From positions 1 through 56,161 of the forward strand of contig JAQBUX010000001.1 of the NCBI GenBank assembly GCA_027623795.1: a stretch of 56,161 nucleotides of DNA. Direction: 5' to 3'. The DNA is from Chloroflexota bacterium (GTDB lineage Bacteria > Chloroflexota > Dehalococcoidia > Lucifugimonadales > Lucifugimonadaceae). Position 1 is the first letter of the stretch. Each line of letters begins with the position of its first letter. Of this stretch, positions 45,392 through 55,383 are shown piece by piece. Position numbers and translations under genes: made by a program. The notes below the pieces were generated by a model. The model made no database searches and was not told the DNA's origin. It saw only the letters and a list, made by a program, of their open reading frames with translations.

Positions 45392-47196
45392 ACGGCCGCC
45401 GCCTGTACGGCCCGGAACGCGGCGCGTTGCGGCTTTGGCGTGCGCAGGAAACGTTCAAACTCGGCGACGGGCAGGGTGTTCAACACGTCCTGCTTTTCAG
45501 CCCAACCGCGTCGGGCCGTGCCGATACCGAAGCGCAACGAATCGAAGTTGTCCGTGTCGTGCGAGTCCGTGTTGATGAGGAAACGCACACCTAATTCGCG
45601 TGCGCGTCGGACGTGCGAATCCTTCAGGTCCAATCGCTTCGGAGACGCGTTGATTTCCATGAGGGTCCCGTTGGCCGAGGCCGCACGAAATATGGCGTCG
45701 AAGTCGGCCTCCACAGGGGGCCTGTCCAGGACGAATCGCGTCGTCAGATGGCCGATCGCTGTGACATAGGGGTTCTCGATAGCTTTGATGATGCGTGCGG
45801 TCATCACCTCGGCCGGTTGCGACATCCCGGAATGGATGGAGGCGATGACGACATCCAGATCGGCCAGCACGTCGTCGGAGTAGTCCAGCGTCCCGTCGGC
45901 GCGGATGTCCACCTCGGAACCCTTGAAAACGCGGAGTCCCCCGGCCCGGGATCCGAACTCTTCGATCTCCCGATTGTGGGCGACAAGTCGCTCCACGGAC
46001 AGACCGTTGGCGATGCCACGGCCGGAAGAGTGGTCCGTCATCGCTATGTAATCGAGGCCCCGTGCACCGGCCTCATGAACCATCTGTTCGATTGAGACGT
46101 GACCGTCGGACCAGTCGCTATGGACGTGGAGATCTCCCTTGACGTCCTCGAGCTCCACGAGATCCGGCAGTTCACCGGCAATAGCGGCGGCGAACTCGCC
46201 TTGATCCTCGCGAATCTCGGGCGGTATGTACGGCAGTCCAAGCACCTCGTACACGGCGACCTCGGTCTCGTACGACTTCAACTCGCCGTCCCCGCCGCCG
46301 GTCAATCCGTACTCGTTCAGCGACAGGCCCATGCGCTGGGCGCGTTCACGCAGCCGGATGCCGTGTTGCTTGCTGCCGGTGAAGTACAGCAACAACGCGC
46401 CGAAATATCGCTCCTCTGTGACCCTGAGATCGATCTGGGCGCCGCCGCCCACGATAACGCTGGCCTTCGTGCCGCCCTGCCCGAGCACGTCCACGACCAT
46501 CGGGAGCGCGGCGAATGCGGCCGTCACCGCCTCCGGATCGTCGGCGACGCCGAGAAGATCGATATCCCCCGCCGTCTCCCGCCAGCGCCTGATGCTGCCA
46601 GCGACGGTTAGCCGTCGGACGCCGGGCGCGGCCTTTTTCAACTCCTTAATCGCCTGCTCTGCGAGGGGCAACGCCTTGCCGATAGGCATCCGGTCCGCCT
46701 GGCTGAGCCGCGCCTCAAGATGCCGGAGAATGTTCTGAGCCTTCTTCTCGCCGACGCGCGGCAGTTTCGCGAAAGAACCGTCTCGCAGCGCCGCCTCGAG
46801 GTCATCCAGAGTCTCGATACCGAGTTCCTCTGTGGCGCGGATTGCCGTCTTTGGCCCCACCTCGGGAATCGCCATGATCTCGAGCAGTCCGGGGGCGAAC
46901 TCGCTCCGGAGTTTCTCGAAGAACGTCATCCTCCCGGTGCTTACCAGTTCGTGAGTCTTCGCGGCGATAGCGTCGCCGATCCCGGGGATCTCTTTCAGTG
47001 CATCTTCGTCACCCGCGATGGAAGCGATCTGGGTGGGAAGATGCTCAAACACCTCTGCGGCGCGGGTGTAAGCCCGGATCTTGAAGACCGAGTCTCCCCT
47101 GAGCTGGAGCAAGGTTGCGATGTCTGCGAACACGCGCGCCACGTCCTGGTTATCGAGGACTTTGATGTCTTTTGAGAGTTCGGAATCCGGCATCAC
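45388..47196 (-). CDS. polX: Family X DNA polymerase with C-terminal PHP (3'-5' exonuclease/phosphoesterase) domain
   Basis: 602 aa. HhH/8-kDa region (FKIRAYTRAAE), nucleotidyltransferase GSIRRWRETAGDIDLL, and PHP motifs GDLHVHSDWSDG...TDHS. Confidence 0.9.
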   Translation of the reverse strand: MMPDSELSKDIKVLDNQDVARVFADIATLLQLRGDSVFKIRAYTRAAEVFEHLPTQIASIAGDEDALKEIPGIGDAIAAKTHELVSTGRMTFFEKLRSEFAPGLLEIMAIPEVGPKTAIRATEELGIETLDDLEAALRDGSFAKLPRVGEKKAQNILRHLEARLSQADRMPIGKALPLAEQAIKELKKAAPGVRRLTVAGSIRRWRETAGDIDLLGVADDPEAVTAAFAALPMVVDVLGQGGTKASVIVGGGAQIDLRVTEERYFGALLLYFTGSKQHGIRLRERAQRMGLSLNEYGLTGGGDGELKSYETEVAVYEVLGLPYIPPEIREDQGEFAAAIAGELPDLVELEDVKGDLHVHSDWSDGHVSIEQMVHEAGARGLDYIAMTDHSSGRGIANGLSVERLVAHNREIEEFGSRAGGLRVFKGSEVDIRADGTLDYSDDVLADLDVVIASIHSGMSQPAEVMTARIIKAIENPYVTAIGHLTTRFVLDRPPVEADFDAIFRAASANGTLMEINASPKRLDLKDSHVRRARELGVRFLINTDSHDTDNFDSLRFGIGTARRGWAEKQDVLNTLPVAEFERFLRTPKPQRAAFRAVQAAAV

Positions 47197-47217
47197 GTTG
47201 GCGACGGGGGGGCCCCG

Positions 47218-49938
47218 TCACGCGGCCCGGCCGTGACAGCGTTTGAACTTCTTGCCGCTGCCGCACGGGCACTGCTCGTTACGCCCGACCTTCCTGTTCA
47301 GCGTCGAGTCGTCGCCGTGGCCCGCGTTCACCGAGGACATGACGCTCGGCCTGTTCAGGACCGCTGATGCGGACCGGCCCGCACGAGATGTCGCCGCCGG
47401 GGCGGCCACGTTCTGTGGCGCGTCTGGGTCGGGACCGCTGAGGGTGAGTTGTCCGCGGGGCGCAACCGGGCTGACTGCGGGGGTCTGTTGGACAACGGCG
47501 TTGAAGAACGTGTGCGTGATCTGCCGGTCGATGCCCGTCGTCAGCTCCTGGAACATCTCGTAGGAGCGGTGCCTGTACTGGACAAGCGGGTCTCGTTGGC
47601 CCACCGCCTGCAGGCCGATGCCCTGCCGCATGTTGTCCATCTCGGTAAGGTGCTCGACCCACTGGGAGTCCACCGCCCGGAGTACCACGGCCCGCGCCAG
47701 CCTGGTCGTCACCTCTTCGCCAAGAGTATCGATCCGGCTATCCCACAGAGTCTCGATATGCTCCAACAACATATCTTCGATCTCTGCTGCGTCGTAGTCG
47801 AAGAAAGCGTCGGGATCAGAAAATTCCGTCGGTAACTCGAACATTTGCCGCAGCTCACCGACGAATACATCGACATCCCAGTCAGCCGGATCGCCCGGCA
47901 ATCGCAGTGCGACCAGCGCCTGGATCTCGTTCGCGACCCGGAGGAGGATGTCCTCCTTCAGTCCCTCGCCTGCCAGGGCGCGACGGCGCATACGGTAGAT
48001 CTGGGTGCGCTGCGAGTTGACCACATCGTCGTAGTCGACGAGATTCTTCCGGACCTCGAAGTGGTAGCCCTCAACCTTACTCTGGGCGCCGCTCATCGCC
48101 TTCGTGATCATCCGGTTTTCGATCGGCACATCATCGTCAAGGCCGACCAGGTTCATGATCCCTTTAATGCGGTCGCCGCCGAACCGCTTGACCATATCGT
48201 CCTCGGTCGAGGTGAAAAAGCGCGTCTCTCCGGGGTCGCCCTGACGTCCGGCGCGACCACGCAGCTGGTTGTCGATCCGCCGCGACTCATGACGAGACGT
48301 GCCGATCACGTAAAGTCCGCCGAGCTCGATCACCTTTTCGTGATCCGGCTGCCATTGCGCATCCGAGATATTCAGCTGGTCTTTGTTTCCGCCGAGGATG
48401 ATGTCCGTACCGCGCCCCGCCATGTTGGTGGACACCGTAACTGAGCCGGGACGGCCGGCCTGGGCGATGATCATCGCCTCGCGGGCGTGGTTTTTGGCGT
48501 TGAGAACCTCGTGGGCGACCCCGCGACGCGTCAGCATGTCAGCGAGGGCCTCCGAGCGTTCGACGCTAGTAGTGCCTACCAGGATGGGCCGACCGCTGCC
48601 GGACTCGTGTTGGATCTCCTCGACGACGGCCTGCATCTTGGCCGTTTCTGTCTTGTAGACGAAATCGGGCTGATCGATCCGCCCTGACGGCTGGTTTGTC
48701 GGAATTGACACGACTTCCAGCTTGTAGATCTTGTTCAGCTCTTCCGCTTCGGTGGCGGCAGTACCCGTCATCCCGGCCAGCTTTTCGTACATGCGGAAGT
48801 AGTTCTGGAGCGTGACCGTGGCGTATGTGATGCTCTCCCGCTGCACACGAACGCCTTCTTTGGCTTCGATGGCCTGATGGAGGCCTTCCGAGTAGCGCCG
48901 GCCGACCATTAGCCGGCCGGTGTTCTCGTCGACGATTATCACCTCACCGTCCCGTACGACGTACTCCTTATCCCTCGTGTACACGTACTCGGCACGGACT
49001 GCGTTCTCGACGAAATGCGTCAATTCATAGTTCGATGGGTCGTACAGGTTGTCGACGTTCAGTTGCCGCTCGATGTTCTCGATGCCATCTTCCGTCAGGC
49101 TGATGGCGCGCGTACGGTTGTCGATCGTGAAATCCTCTTCAGGTGTCACACGGCGGGCGAGCTGGGCGAACCTCTGGTACTCCTGTGACGAGTCGCGGGC
49201 CGGACCGCTGATGATCAGCGGGGTTCGGGCTTCGTCGATCAGGATGTTGTCGACTTCGTCGACGATGGCGTATTTCAGATCGCGCTGGACCAGCAATTCA
49301 GCCTTGTCGACCATGTTGTCCCGAAGGTAGTCGAACCCGAACTCGTTGTTGGTGCCGTACACCACATCCGATGCGTAGGCTTGCTGTTTTGTCGCCGAAC
49401 GGAACGGGTCCGGATCATCCCCTCTGTCCTCACGATCGGGATCGAAAACCCAGGAAGCCATATTCTGAAGGCAACCGACGGTGAGGCCGAGCGAGTGGTG
49501 GACCTGGCCCATCCAGCCTGCGTCACGCTTCGCCAGGTAGTCATTGACCGTGACGACGTGCACCGGACCGGTCAACGCGTTCAGATATGACGGCAGGGTC
49601 GCCACAAGGGTCTTGCCCTCGCCCGTCCGCATCTCGGCGACTTTGCCCTGGTGGAGGACTACTCCGCCGACGATCTGGACGTCGAAGTGCCGCATAGAGA
49701 GCACGCGCTTCGCCGCCTCGCGGACCACGGCGAACGCCTCCGGAAGGATGTCGTCCACGGTCTCCCCGTCAGCGAGGCGTTCGCGGAACTCGTCCGTCAT
49801 GCCGCGTAGCTCGGCGTCCGAGAGTTTCGAAACCTCGTCCTCGAGCTCGTTGACCTCCAGGAGGGTTTCTTCGTACTCCTTGAGCGCCTTTTCGTTTGAG
49901 TCGCCCAGGATGGATGTGATTTTTTTGAGGAACGCCAT
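47218..49938 (-). CDS. secA: Preprotein translocase ATPase SecA
   Basis: Begins MAFLKKITSILGDSNEKALKEY. Contains MRTGEGKTLVATLP, DEVDNILIDEARTPLIISG and the C-terminal zinc motif CPCGSGKKFKRCHG. Confidence 0.95.
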   Translation of the reverse strand: MAFLKKITSILGDSNEKALKEYEETLLEVNELEDEVSKLSDAELRGMTDEFRERLADGETVDDILPEAFAVVREAAKRVLSMRHFDVQIVGGVVLHQGKVAEMRTGEGKTLVATLPSYLNALTGPVHVVTVNDYLAKRDAGWMGQVHHSLGLTVGCLQNMASWVFDPDREDRGDDPDPFRSATKQQAYASDVVYGTNNEFGFDYLRDNMVDKAELLVQRDLKYAIVDEVDNILIDEARTPLIISGPARDSSQEYQRFAQLARRVTPEEDFTIDNRTRAISLTEDGIENIERQLNVDNLYDPSNYELTHFVENAVRAEYVYTRDKEYVVRDGEVIIVDENTGRLMVGRRYSEGLHQAIEAKEGVRVQRESITYATVTLQNYFRMYEKLAGMTGTAATEAEELNKIYKLEVVSIPTNQPSGRIDQPDFVYKTETAKMQAVVEEIQHESGSGRPILVGTTSVERSEALADMLTRRGVAHEVLNAKNHAREAMIIAQAGRPGSVTVSTNMAGRGTDIILGGNKDQLNISDAQWQPDHEKVIELGGLYVIGTSRHESRRIDNQLRGRAGRQGDPGETRFFTSTEDDMVKRFGGDRIKGIMNLVGLDDDVPIENRMITKAMSGAQSKVEGYHFEVRKNLVDYDDVVNSQRTQIYRMRRRALAGEGLKEDILLRVANEIQALVALRLPGDPADWDVDVFVGELRQMFELPTEFSDPDAFFDYDAAEIEDMLLEHIETLWDSRIDTLGEEVTTRLARAVVLRAVDSQWVEHLTEMDNMRQGIGLQAVGQRDPLVQYRHRSYEMFQELTTGIDRQITHTFFNAVVQQTPAVSPVAPRGQLTLSGPDPDAPQNVAAPAATSRAGRSASAVLNRPSVMSSVNAGHGDDSTLNRKVGRNEQCPCGSGKKFKRCHGRAA

Positions 49939-49983
49939 GTGGACCCCGGGACCGGCGCGTGGTGCCACGCGCCGGTTACCTGG

Positions 49984-50946
49984 CTAGTAAGTGAACATCT
50001 CTCCGACCGAGTGGCCGTTGTGAATCCTGTATATAGCTTCACCCAGAAGGTCGCACGATTGGAGAACAGTCAACTTCGGGTGGCTCTTCTCTTCTCCGAT
50101 CGGCACCGTGTCGGTGACGATAAGCTCAACGAGGCCCTTGAATGCACAGATGCGGTCCGTTGCCCCGTTCGAAAAAACACCGTGGCTCGCCGTGGCGTAA
50201 AGCTGCGTCGCCCCGGCATTCTTGAGCGCTCCAAACGCCGATATCAGCGAGCCGCCCGTATCTATCTCATCGTCGAACGTCAGGACGGGCCGTCCGGCCA
50301 CATCTCCAATTACGGACAGGACTTCCGTTGCGTCGTCATTTCCGATACGACGCTTTTCTACGATCGTGAGTGGAGCGTTCAATCGTTGTGCCACGTCCCT
50401 CGCCGCCTTCGAGATACCGACATCGGTCGCTGCGACTACCAGGTCCGGAATTCGCTTCTTGAGGAAGTAGTCGATAAGCAACGGAACGACCGTTAATTCG
50501 TCGACCGGGATGTTGAAGAATCCCTGTATCTGTCCGGCATGAAGATCGACCGTCACCACACGATCCGCCCCGGCGGTCGTAATCAGGTCAGCAACCAGGC
50601 GGCCGGTGATCGGCACGCGAGGCTGGTCTTTCTTGTCTGTACGCCCGTATCCGTAGTACGGGATCACCGCTGTGATCCGTCCCGCCGATGCACGCTTTGC
50701 TGCGTCGATCGCGATCAACAACTCCATGATGTTGTCGTTGACAGGGGCCGACGTCGGTTGGACGAAAAACACATCGCGTGAACGGACGTTCTCGAGGATC
50801 CGAACGAACGTGTTTTCGTTGCGGAACTTCTTGACCTCCATGCGGCCGAGCGGCATGTGCAGGTATTCACAGATGGCGGCTGCCAACCGTGGATGCGCAC
50901 CGACCGAGAATACGGCCATATCTCCAAGCGAATATGAGGAGTTCAA
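49984..50946 (-). CDS. prs: Ribose-phosphate pyrophosphokinase
   Basis: Contains YYGYGRTDKK and the PRPP-binding loop VLTFDDEIDTGGSL. Start could alternatively be M10 (50919). Confidence 0.92.
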   Translation of the reverse strand: MNSSYSLGDMAVFSVGAHPRLAAAICEYLHMPLGRMEVKKFRNENTFVRILENVRSRDVFFVQPTSAPVNDNIMELLIAIDAAKRASAGRITAVIPYYGYGRTDKKDQPRVPITGRLVADLITTAGADRVVTVDLHAGQIQGFFNIPVDELTVVPLLIDYFLKKRIPDLVVAATDVGISKAARDVAQRLNAPLTIVEKRRIGNDDATEVLSVIGDVAGRPVLTFDDEIDTGGSLISAFGALKNAGATQLYATASHGVFSNGATDRICAFKGLVELIVTDTVPIGEEKSHPKLTVLQSCDLLGEAIYRIHNGHSVGEMFTY

Positions 50947-51515
50947 GCTGCGATCCGTCCCTGCGAGAGTTGGATGCGGGTTCTGTTAGACGCGATGTAA
51001 TGACGCACATCGCATCGACCGGCCTCAGACGCCCACCGTCGCGTCAATCGCGGGCGGTCCGGGACACTATCCCGAAGCTGATCGAACCGTCGGGAGGCAA
51101 GCGGCGACCTGCGTCGCATGTGTCGCCGCCGCACGCCGACGGCTGTCAGGATTGTAGCACCGGGCCGCCAAATTCCTCGGTGCGGCGCACGCCAAGTCCA
51201 CCCACCAGCGATCTCTTGTTCAACAATACGGGACGTACCCCCAAAGACCTCGCAGCGCCGATGGAGGTCTAGCGAGTCTCGATTTCGATCGCGGTTCGGA
51301 CGGAACGCGTCACCATCGTGCGCGTCTCCGGTAGGCCTGACAACGCCGAATTTTTCAGGCGAGAGCTGAATCGATTTATGAGACCGCTCCGATCTACTTG
51401 CGAACGCCCCCGACTCACATGCGGCGCGTCTCAGTCTGGGAAAACGGGCGTCAGTTGAAATCCGGGGAGACACGAGTTCCGAACTGGGCGCCAGTACCCT
51501 GGCCGGGTCAAACGA

Positions 51516-51878
51516 TCACTCCCGGGCGATCGCTTCGATATCCGCCTTACGGCCGCCGAGGATGTGCCTGCTCGGATCGTCGGTCCTGATCACGATGGGA
51601 CGCCGTATCAGCCGGGGCTCCTTGAGCATCAGGTCGATGAGATCGGCGTCGCTCAGTTCACCTCGTCTATCGCTGTACTCGCGTGCGCTCGGACTGCGCC
51701 ACGAGAATAGCTCGTCCATAGTGACTATCGAGGCGAGTTCCTCAAGCTCACCCCGGGAAAACGGGTCCTTGAAAAAATCCCGCGACTCCATCTCGACACC
51801 TGCTTGCGAGAGCGCCGCTCCCGCTTTCTTGCAAGTGCTTCACCGGGTCCAGTGGTAAAACTTTGCCTTCACCGTCAT
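51516..51878 (-). CDS. ArsC/Spx-family thioredoxin-fold protein with in-frame TGA at the active-site position (candidate selenoprotein, UxxC)
   Basis: GGAGGA (51891..51886) lies 7 nt before the ATG at 51878. The translation is MTVKAKFYHWTR-[TGA 51842..51840]-STCKKAGAALSQAGVEMESRDFFKD...LIRRPIV. It aligns to the family N-terminus (...Y..KNCDTCKKA...), with TGA replacing the first Cys. Confidence 0.6.
51803..51835 (-). promoter_or_regulatory. Stem-loop immediately 3' of the in-frame TGA (SECIS-like candidate)
   Basis: Minus strand: UGA-agca-CUUGCAAGAAAGCGGGAGC-GGC-GCUCUCGCAAG. The core is an 8-bp stem GCGGGAGC/GCUCUCGC (one G-U) with a G-rich apical loop about 20 nt from the UGA. Confidence 0.4.
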
Positions 51879-51952
51879 GGAAATATCCTCCGTCTGCAGG
51901 TCATGGCCGATTCCAGATGGTCATGTTCAGCACCTTCGGCTAGCATCGCACA

Positions 51953-53458
51953 GTGGCCCGAAATCTGAATCTCATCTCCGCAACGCCCAGCGTGTTCGGC
52001 CATATCAGACGTTTCCCGGGTTCCGCCCGGCGTCTGTACGTACGCGGCCCAGACAGCTTCACCAATCTGAGCATTTACGGCTTCGGCGTAAGCGGATTGT
52101 GGACGTCCGTCGATACGATCCTGTTGCAGTTCCGCGTCCTTGAGTTCGCCGACGAGGACCAGAAAAACGGGATGCTCGGAGCGATCACGCTCGTCGGGCT
52201 GGTGATCGCCGCCGCAACACAGCCAATCGCCGGTGCGATCAGCGACCGTAGCAAGACACGGTGGGGGAAGCGACTCCCGTACATCGTGATGGGCAATCTA
52301 GGGCTCCTCGTGATGACGCCGTTTCTCGGTTTCGCGAACTCTTTCATCACACTTCTACTCGTCATCGTGATGATGCAGCTGTTCGGAAACATTTCGCAGG
52401 GACCGGCAAACGCCCTCCTGATGGACCACATTCCTCGACACCGGCGCGGCGTGGGCGCGGGCGCGCTAAACCTGTCGAGGGCCTCAGGCGCGGGCGCCGT
52501 CACGGTGGTCGTGTTGTTGTTGATGAGCCAGAGCGGAGATGACGGCGCTGACTCAGGCTGGTACTGGGCGTCCCTCGGAGTTGTCGTTACTGTCCTTTTT
52601 TTTTCCATGACGTGGACCGCAGGGGCGTTACGTCCTCGCCGCTCTCATGTGAGCCGCACAGACGTCGATGATCGATTCGCGGAAACGGCAAGCGCGGCCG
52701 CTATTCCGCTGATTCCAATTATTCCGGTCGTGATTCCCGTCGGGACGGACCCAGGCGAATCCGGGTCCGTGATTTCCACCACTGCGTCTCACAGCAAGCC
52801 GGGCGCCGCCCTGAGACATGCAACGGGCTTTTACTGGTTCCTGTTGGCCATGGCGATGGTCGTCGCTTCTTTGTCTGCCATGCAGACGTTCGCCCTGTTC
52901 TTCATCCGGGACAAAGTGGGCCTGGAGAATCCCGCAACGGGCGCTGCGGCGCTGACTTTGTCGGTGGGACTTGGCGCGGCGATAGCCGTCTACCCGTCCG
53001 GCGCAGCATCGGACCGGTTCGGCCGGATGCCGGTCCTCTATATCGCGTCCGTGATCGCTGGTTCTTCGGCCATCCTTCTGTTACTCGTAAGCTCCATAAC
53101 GCACCTCGTGATCCTGGGCGCGTTCATCGGAATCGGCGCTGCGATGTTCCTGAGCAGCGGTCTGGCCCTCGTGACCGAACTTGTTCCCCCGAACGCGGCC
53201 GCCCGGTCCCTGGGATTGACAGCGCTGGCGACCCTCATCGGTTCCGGTCTGGCCCGGATATCCGGGTTCGGCATCGATGCGCTGAACAGGCGGTCGGACG
53301 GTCTGGGGTACGACTTCTTGATCGTCGGAATGGCCACCTTGCTGATCCTGTCCCTGTTTCCGCTCCGACGCGCAGGGATCGGGTTGGCCCGTTCACGCAG
53401 GGTCGCCGAAACTAGCGAGAGCGCATCTCCGGAGCGGCCGCCGACCCCCTCCGTATAA
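51953..53458 (+). CDS. MFS transporter
   Basis: 501 aa, about 12 TM segments. Contains GAISDRSKTRWGKRLPYI and a long central loop. GTG start. Confidence 0.8.
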   Translation: MARNLNLISATPSVFGHIRRFPGSARRLYVRGPDSFTNLSIYGFGVSGLWTSVDTILLQFRVLEFADEDQKNGMLGAITLVGLVIAAATQPIAGAISDRSKTRWGKRLPYIVMGNLGLLVMTPFLGFANSFITLLLVIVMMQLFGNISQGPANALLMDHIPRHRRGVGAGALNLSRASGAGAVTVVVLLLMSQSGDDGADSGWYWASLGVVVTVLFFSMTWTAGALRPRRSHVSRTDVDDRFAETASAAAIPLIPIIPVVIPVGTDPGESGSVISTTASHSKPGAALRHATGFYWFLLAMAMVVASLSAMQTFALFFIRDKVGLENPATGAAALTLSVGLGAAIAVYPSGAASDRFGRMPVLYIASVIAGSSAILLLLVSSITHLVILGAFIGIGAAMFLSSGLALVTELVPPNAAARSLGLTALATLIGSGLARISGFGIDALNRRSDGLGYDFLIVGMATLLILSLFPLRRAGIGLARSRRVAETSESASPERPPTPSV

Positions 53459-53506
53459 TCTGGCTGTCCTGACCAACCATGCCGCTCGCGTATCGGACGA
53501 ATAGAT

Positions 53507-54460
53507 TTGCAAGTATTTCTGGCCGCTCCCCGGGGGTTCTGCGCGGGAGTCGTGCGGGCCGTAGACATCGTCGAGATCGCTCTTGAACGTCACGGATCAC
53601 CCGTTTACGTCAAGCACGAAATCGTCCACAACCCGCACGTCGTGGCGGACCTTGAGGCTCAGGGCGCGATTACGGTCGAAACCGTGGACCAGATACCCGT
53701 CGGCTCGGTCGTCGTTTTCTCCGCGCACGGCTCGCCGCCATCGGATTACGAAGCGGCAACCGCCCGTTCGCTGCGGGTGATTGACGCGACGTGTCCACTC
53801 GTGACGCGTGTCCACAACGAGGCGAAAAAGTACCAGCGTGAGGGCAAAAAACTCATCCTTGTCGGCCATCGCGGCCACCAGGAAGTCAAAGGAACCACGG
53901 GCCAGGGCGAGATGGCGTTAATGGACGATCAGGAAGACCCACAACCGCCGAACTGGGACCGTGATCAAGAGGTCGCCGTACTGACCCAGACCACTCTTTC
54001 CGTGGACGACACGGCGGCGATGGTGGACCGAATCAGATCGGCGTTCCCAAATGTGACCGTCAGGAACGACATCTGTTACGCCACAACCAATCGCCAGATG
54101 GCCGTCAAAGAACTTGCTTCCATGGTCCAGGTGGTGCTCGTCGTCGGATCACAAACGAGCTCAAACTGCCGTCGGCTGCGAGAGGTCGCGGAACGCTCCG
54201 GTGTGCCGTCATATCTGATCAATGGCCCGGACGAGCTGGAGCCGGGATGGTTCGAAGGCATGGACCGGGTCGGCATCAGTAGCGGGGCTTCGACACCCGA
54301 GTCCCTGGTGCAGGCGGTCTGTGACGCGCTCGAACCCGTCAAAGTCCATCACCTTGGCCTGGCGAGCGAAGACATCGAGTTCACGCTGCCCCCGGAGATG
54401 CGGGACGCCGTCCCGCCCCGGCGCTCAAGCGCATGGGCGACCGAAAGCCCGGGCGAGTGA
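53507..54460 (+). CDS. ispH: 4-hydroxy-3-methylbut-2-enyl diphosphate reductase
   Basis: Contains APRGFCAGVVRAV, VIDATCPLVTRVH and NDICYATTNRQ, the three cluster Cys contexts. TTG start. Confidence 0.92.
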   Translation: MQVFLAAPRGFCAGVVRAVDIVEIALERHGSPVYVKHEIVHNPHVVADLEAQGAITVETVDQIPVGSVVVFSAHGSPPSDYEAATARSLRVIDATCPLVTRVHNEAKKYQREGKKLILVGHRGHQEVKGTTGQGEMALMDDQEDPQPPNWDRDQEVAVLTQTTLSVDDTAAMVDRIRSAFPNVTVRNDICYATTNRQMAVKELASMVQVVLVVGSQTSSNCRRLREVAERSGVPSYLINGPDELEPGWFEGMDRVGISSGASTPESLVQAVCDALEPVKVHHLGLASEDIEFTLPPEMRDAVPPRRSSAWATESPGE

Positions 54461-54585
54461 ACGGCGACCGCCGCCCTTCCGGCATTTTCGAGAAGCTGTC
54501 TTCTGGCTGGAATCGCGCAGGGGCCGGGCTTGCTCCGCCCAAACGACGGCATGGCGAACACGATCTCACATAAGGTCACCCGCCC

Positions 54586-55383
54586 CTACCGATCCCGCAT
54601 CGGCGGCTCCCGGTCTTCCCACTCCTCACCGGCGCCGTCCTCGGGTTCAAAACCGAGCAACTCCCGGGCGCGATCAATCGAGAATATCTTCCACTTATTG
54701 TCCGAGGTAACGTAGGTCACGGCGTACCGGAGAGAGTCCGGCGCATCGATCGCTTTCGCCACCGCCTGCGCCGTGTCCCTGTGGCTGAGCCAGAGCGACA
54801 GCGCAAACGGCGAGAAGCTGGGATCGTCATCCGACAGCACCCAGCCGATGCGAAGGTGGATCGAACTCACGCCGTGATAGTCGTCGTAGTAACTGCCCAG
54901 CGCCTCGCCAAAAGCTTTCGAGACACCGTAGTAGCCGTCCGGTCGTATGCGATCATCCTCGTCAACCATGTGATACCCGGGTTCAAGAAGATGGAATCGT
55001 CCGTCTACGATGTGCTTCCACGGCGGATCGAGATAAAAGCCGCCCTGGGAGTGGTTGGAGCTCGCAAATACGACGCGTTTCACGCCGGACCGTTTCGCCG
55101 CCTCGAAAACGTTATTGGTCGCCACGATGTTGTTGTTCAAGGTCGTCGATGACCAGTCGCTGTAGGCCCGACGATCGGCGGCCAGGTGCACGACAGTGTG
55201 CTGGCCTTCAAACGCTGGCATGATGGCATCCAAATCAGAAATATCCGCCACAAAAGAGCGGGCATCCTTAGCCTCTTTCAGATCGAGCGAGGTGAGGTTG
55301 TACCGCCCGGAAAGCCGGCCGGTCAGCACCCCTCCCACGAGTCCGGCTCCGCCGGTGATCAGGATATTTTTCCGTTCAGTCAT
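54586..55383 (-). CDS. NAD-dependent epimerase/dehydratase family protein (short extended-SDR)
   Basis: Start at ATG 55383 (GGGAGA upstream). Contains ILITGGAGLVGG and YGVSKAFGE (YxxxK). The upstream 160 codons of the ORF track are Arg/His-rich and look non-coding. Confidence 0.8.
   Translation of the reverse strand: MTERKNILITGGAGLVGGVLTGRLSGRYNLTSLDLKEAKDARSFVADISDLDAIMPAFEGQHTVVHLAADRRAYSDWSSTTLNNNIVATNNVFEAAKRSGVKRVVFASSNHSQGGFYLDPPWKHIVDGRFHLLEPGYHMVDEDDRIRPDGYYGVSKAFGEALGSYYDDYHGVSSIHLRIGWVLSDDDPSFSPFALSLWLSHRDTAQAVAKAIDAPDSLRYAVTYVTSDNKWKIFSIDRARELLGFEPEDGAGEEWEDREPPMRDR

Noticed and set aside
51430-51500. GGGAAAACGGGCG...UGAAAUCCGGGGAGAC, which superficially resembles a cobalamin-riboswitch core. 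An AUUUCAAC motif on the minus strand was also considered as a possible tRNA-Sec anticodon loop.
   Set aside because: There is no B12 box or matching downstream plus-strand gene. The flanks of the UCA motif do not form an anticodon stem, and no T-loop (GGTTCGA-type) is nearby.
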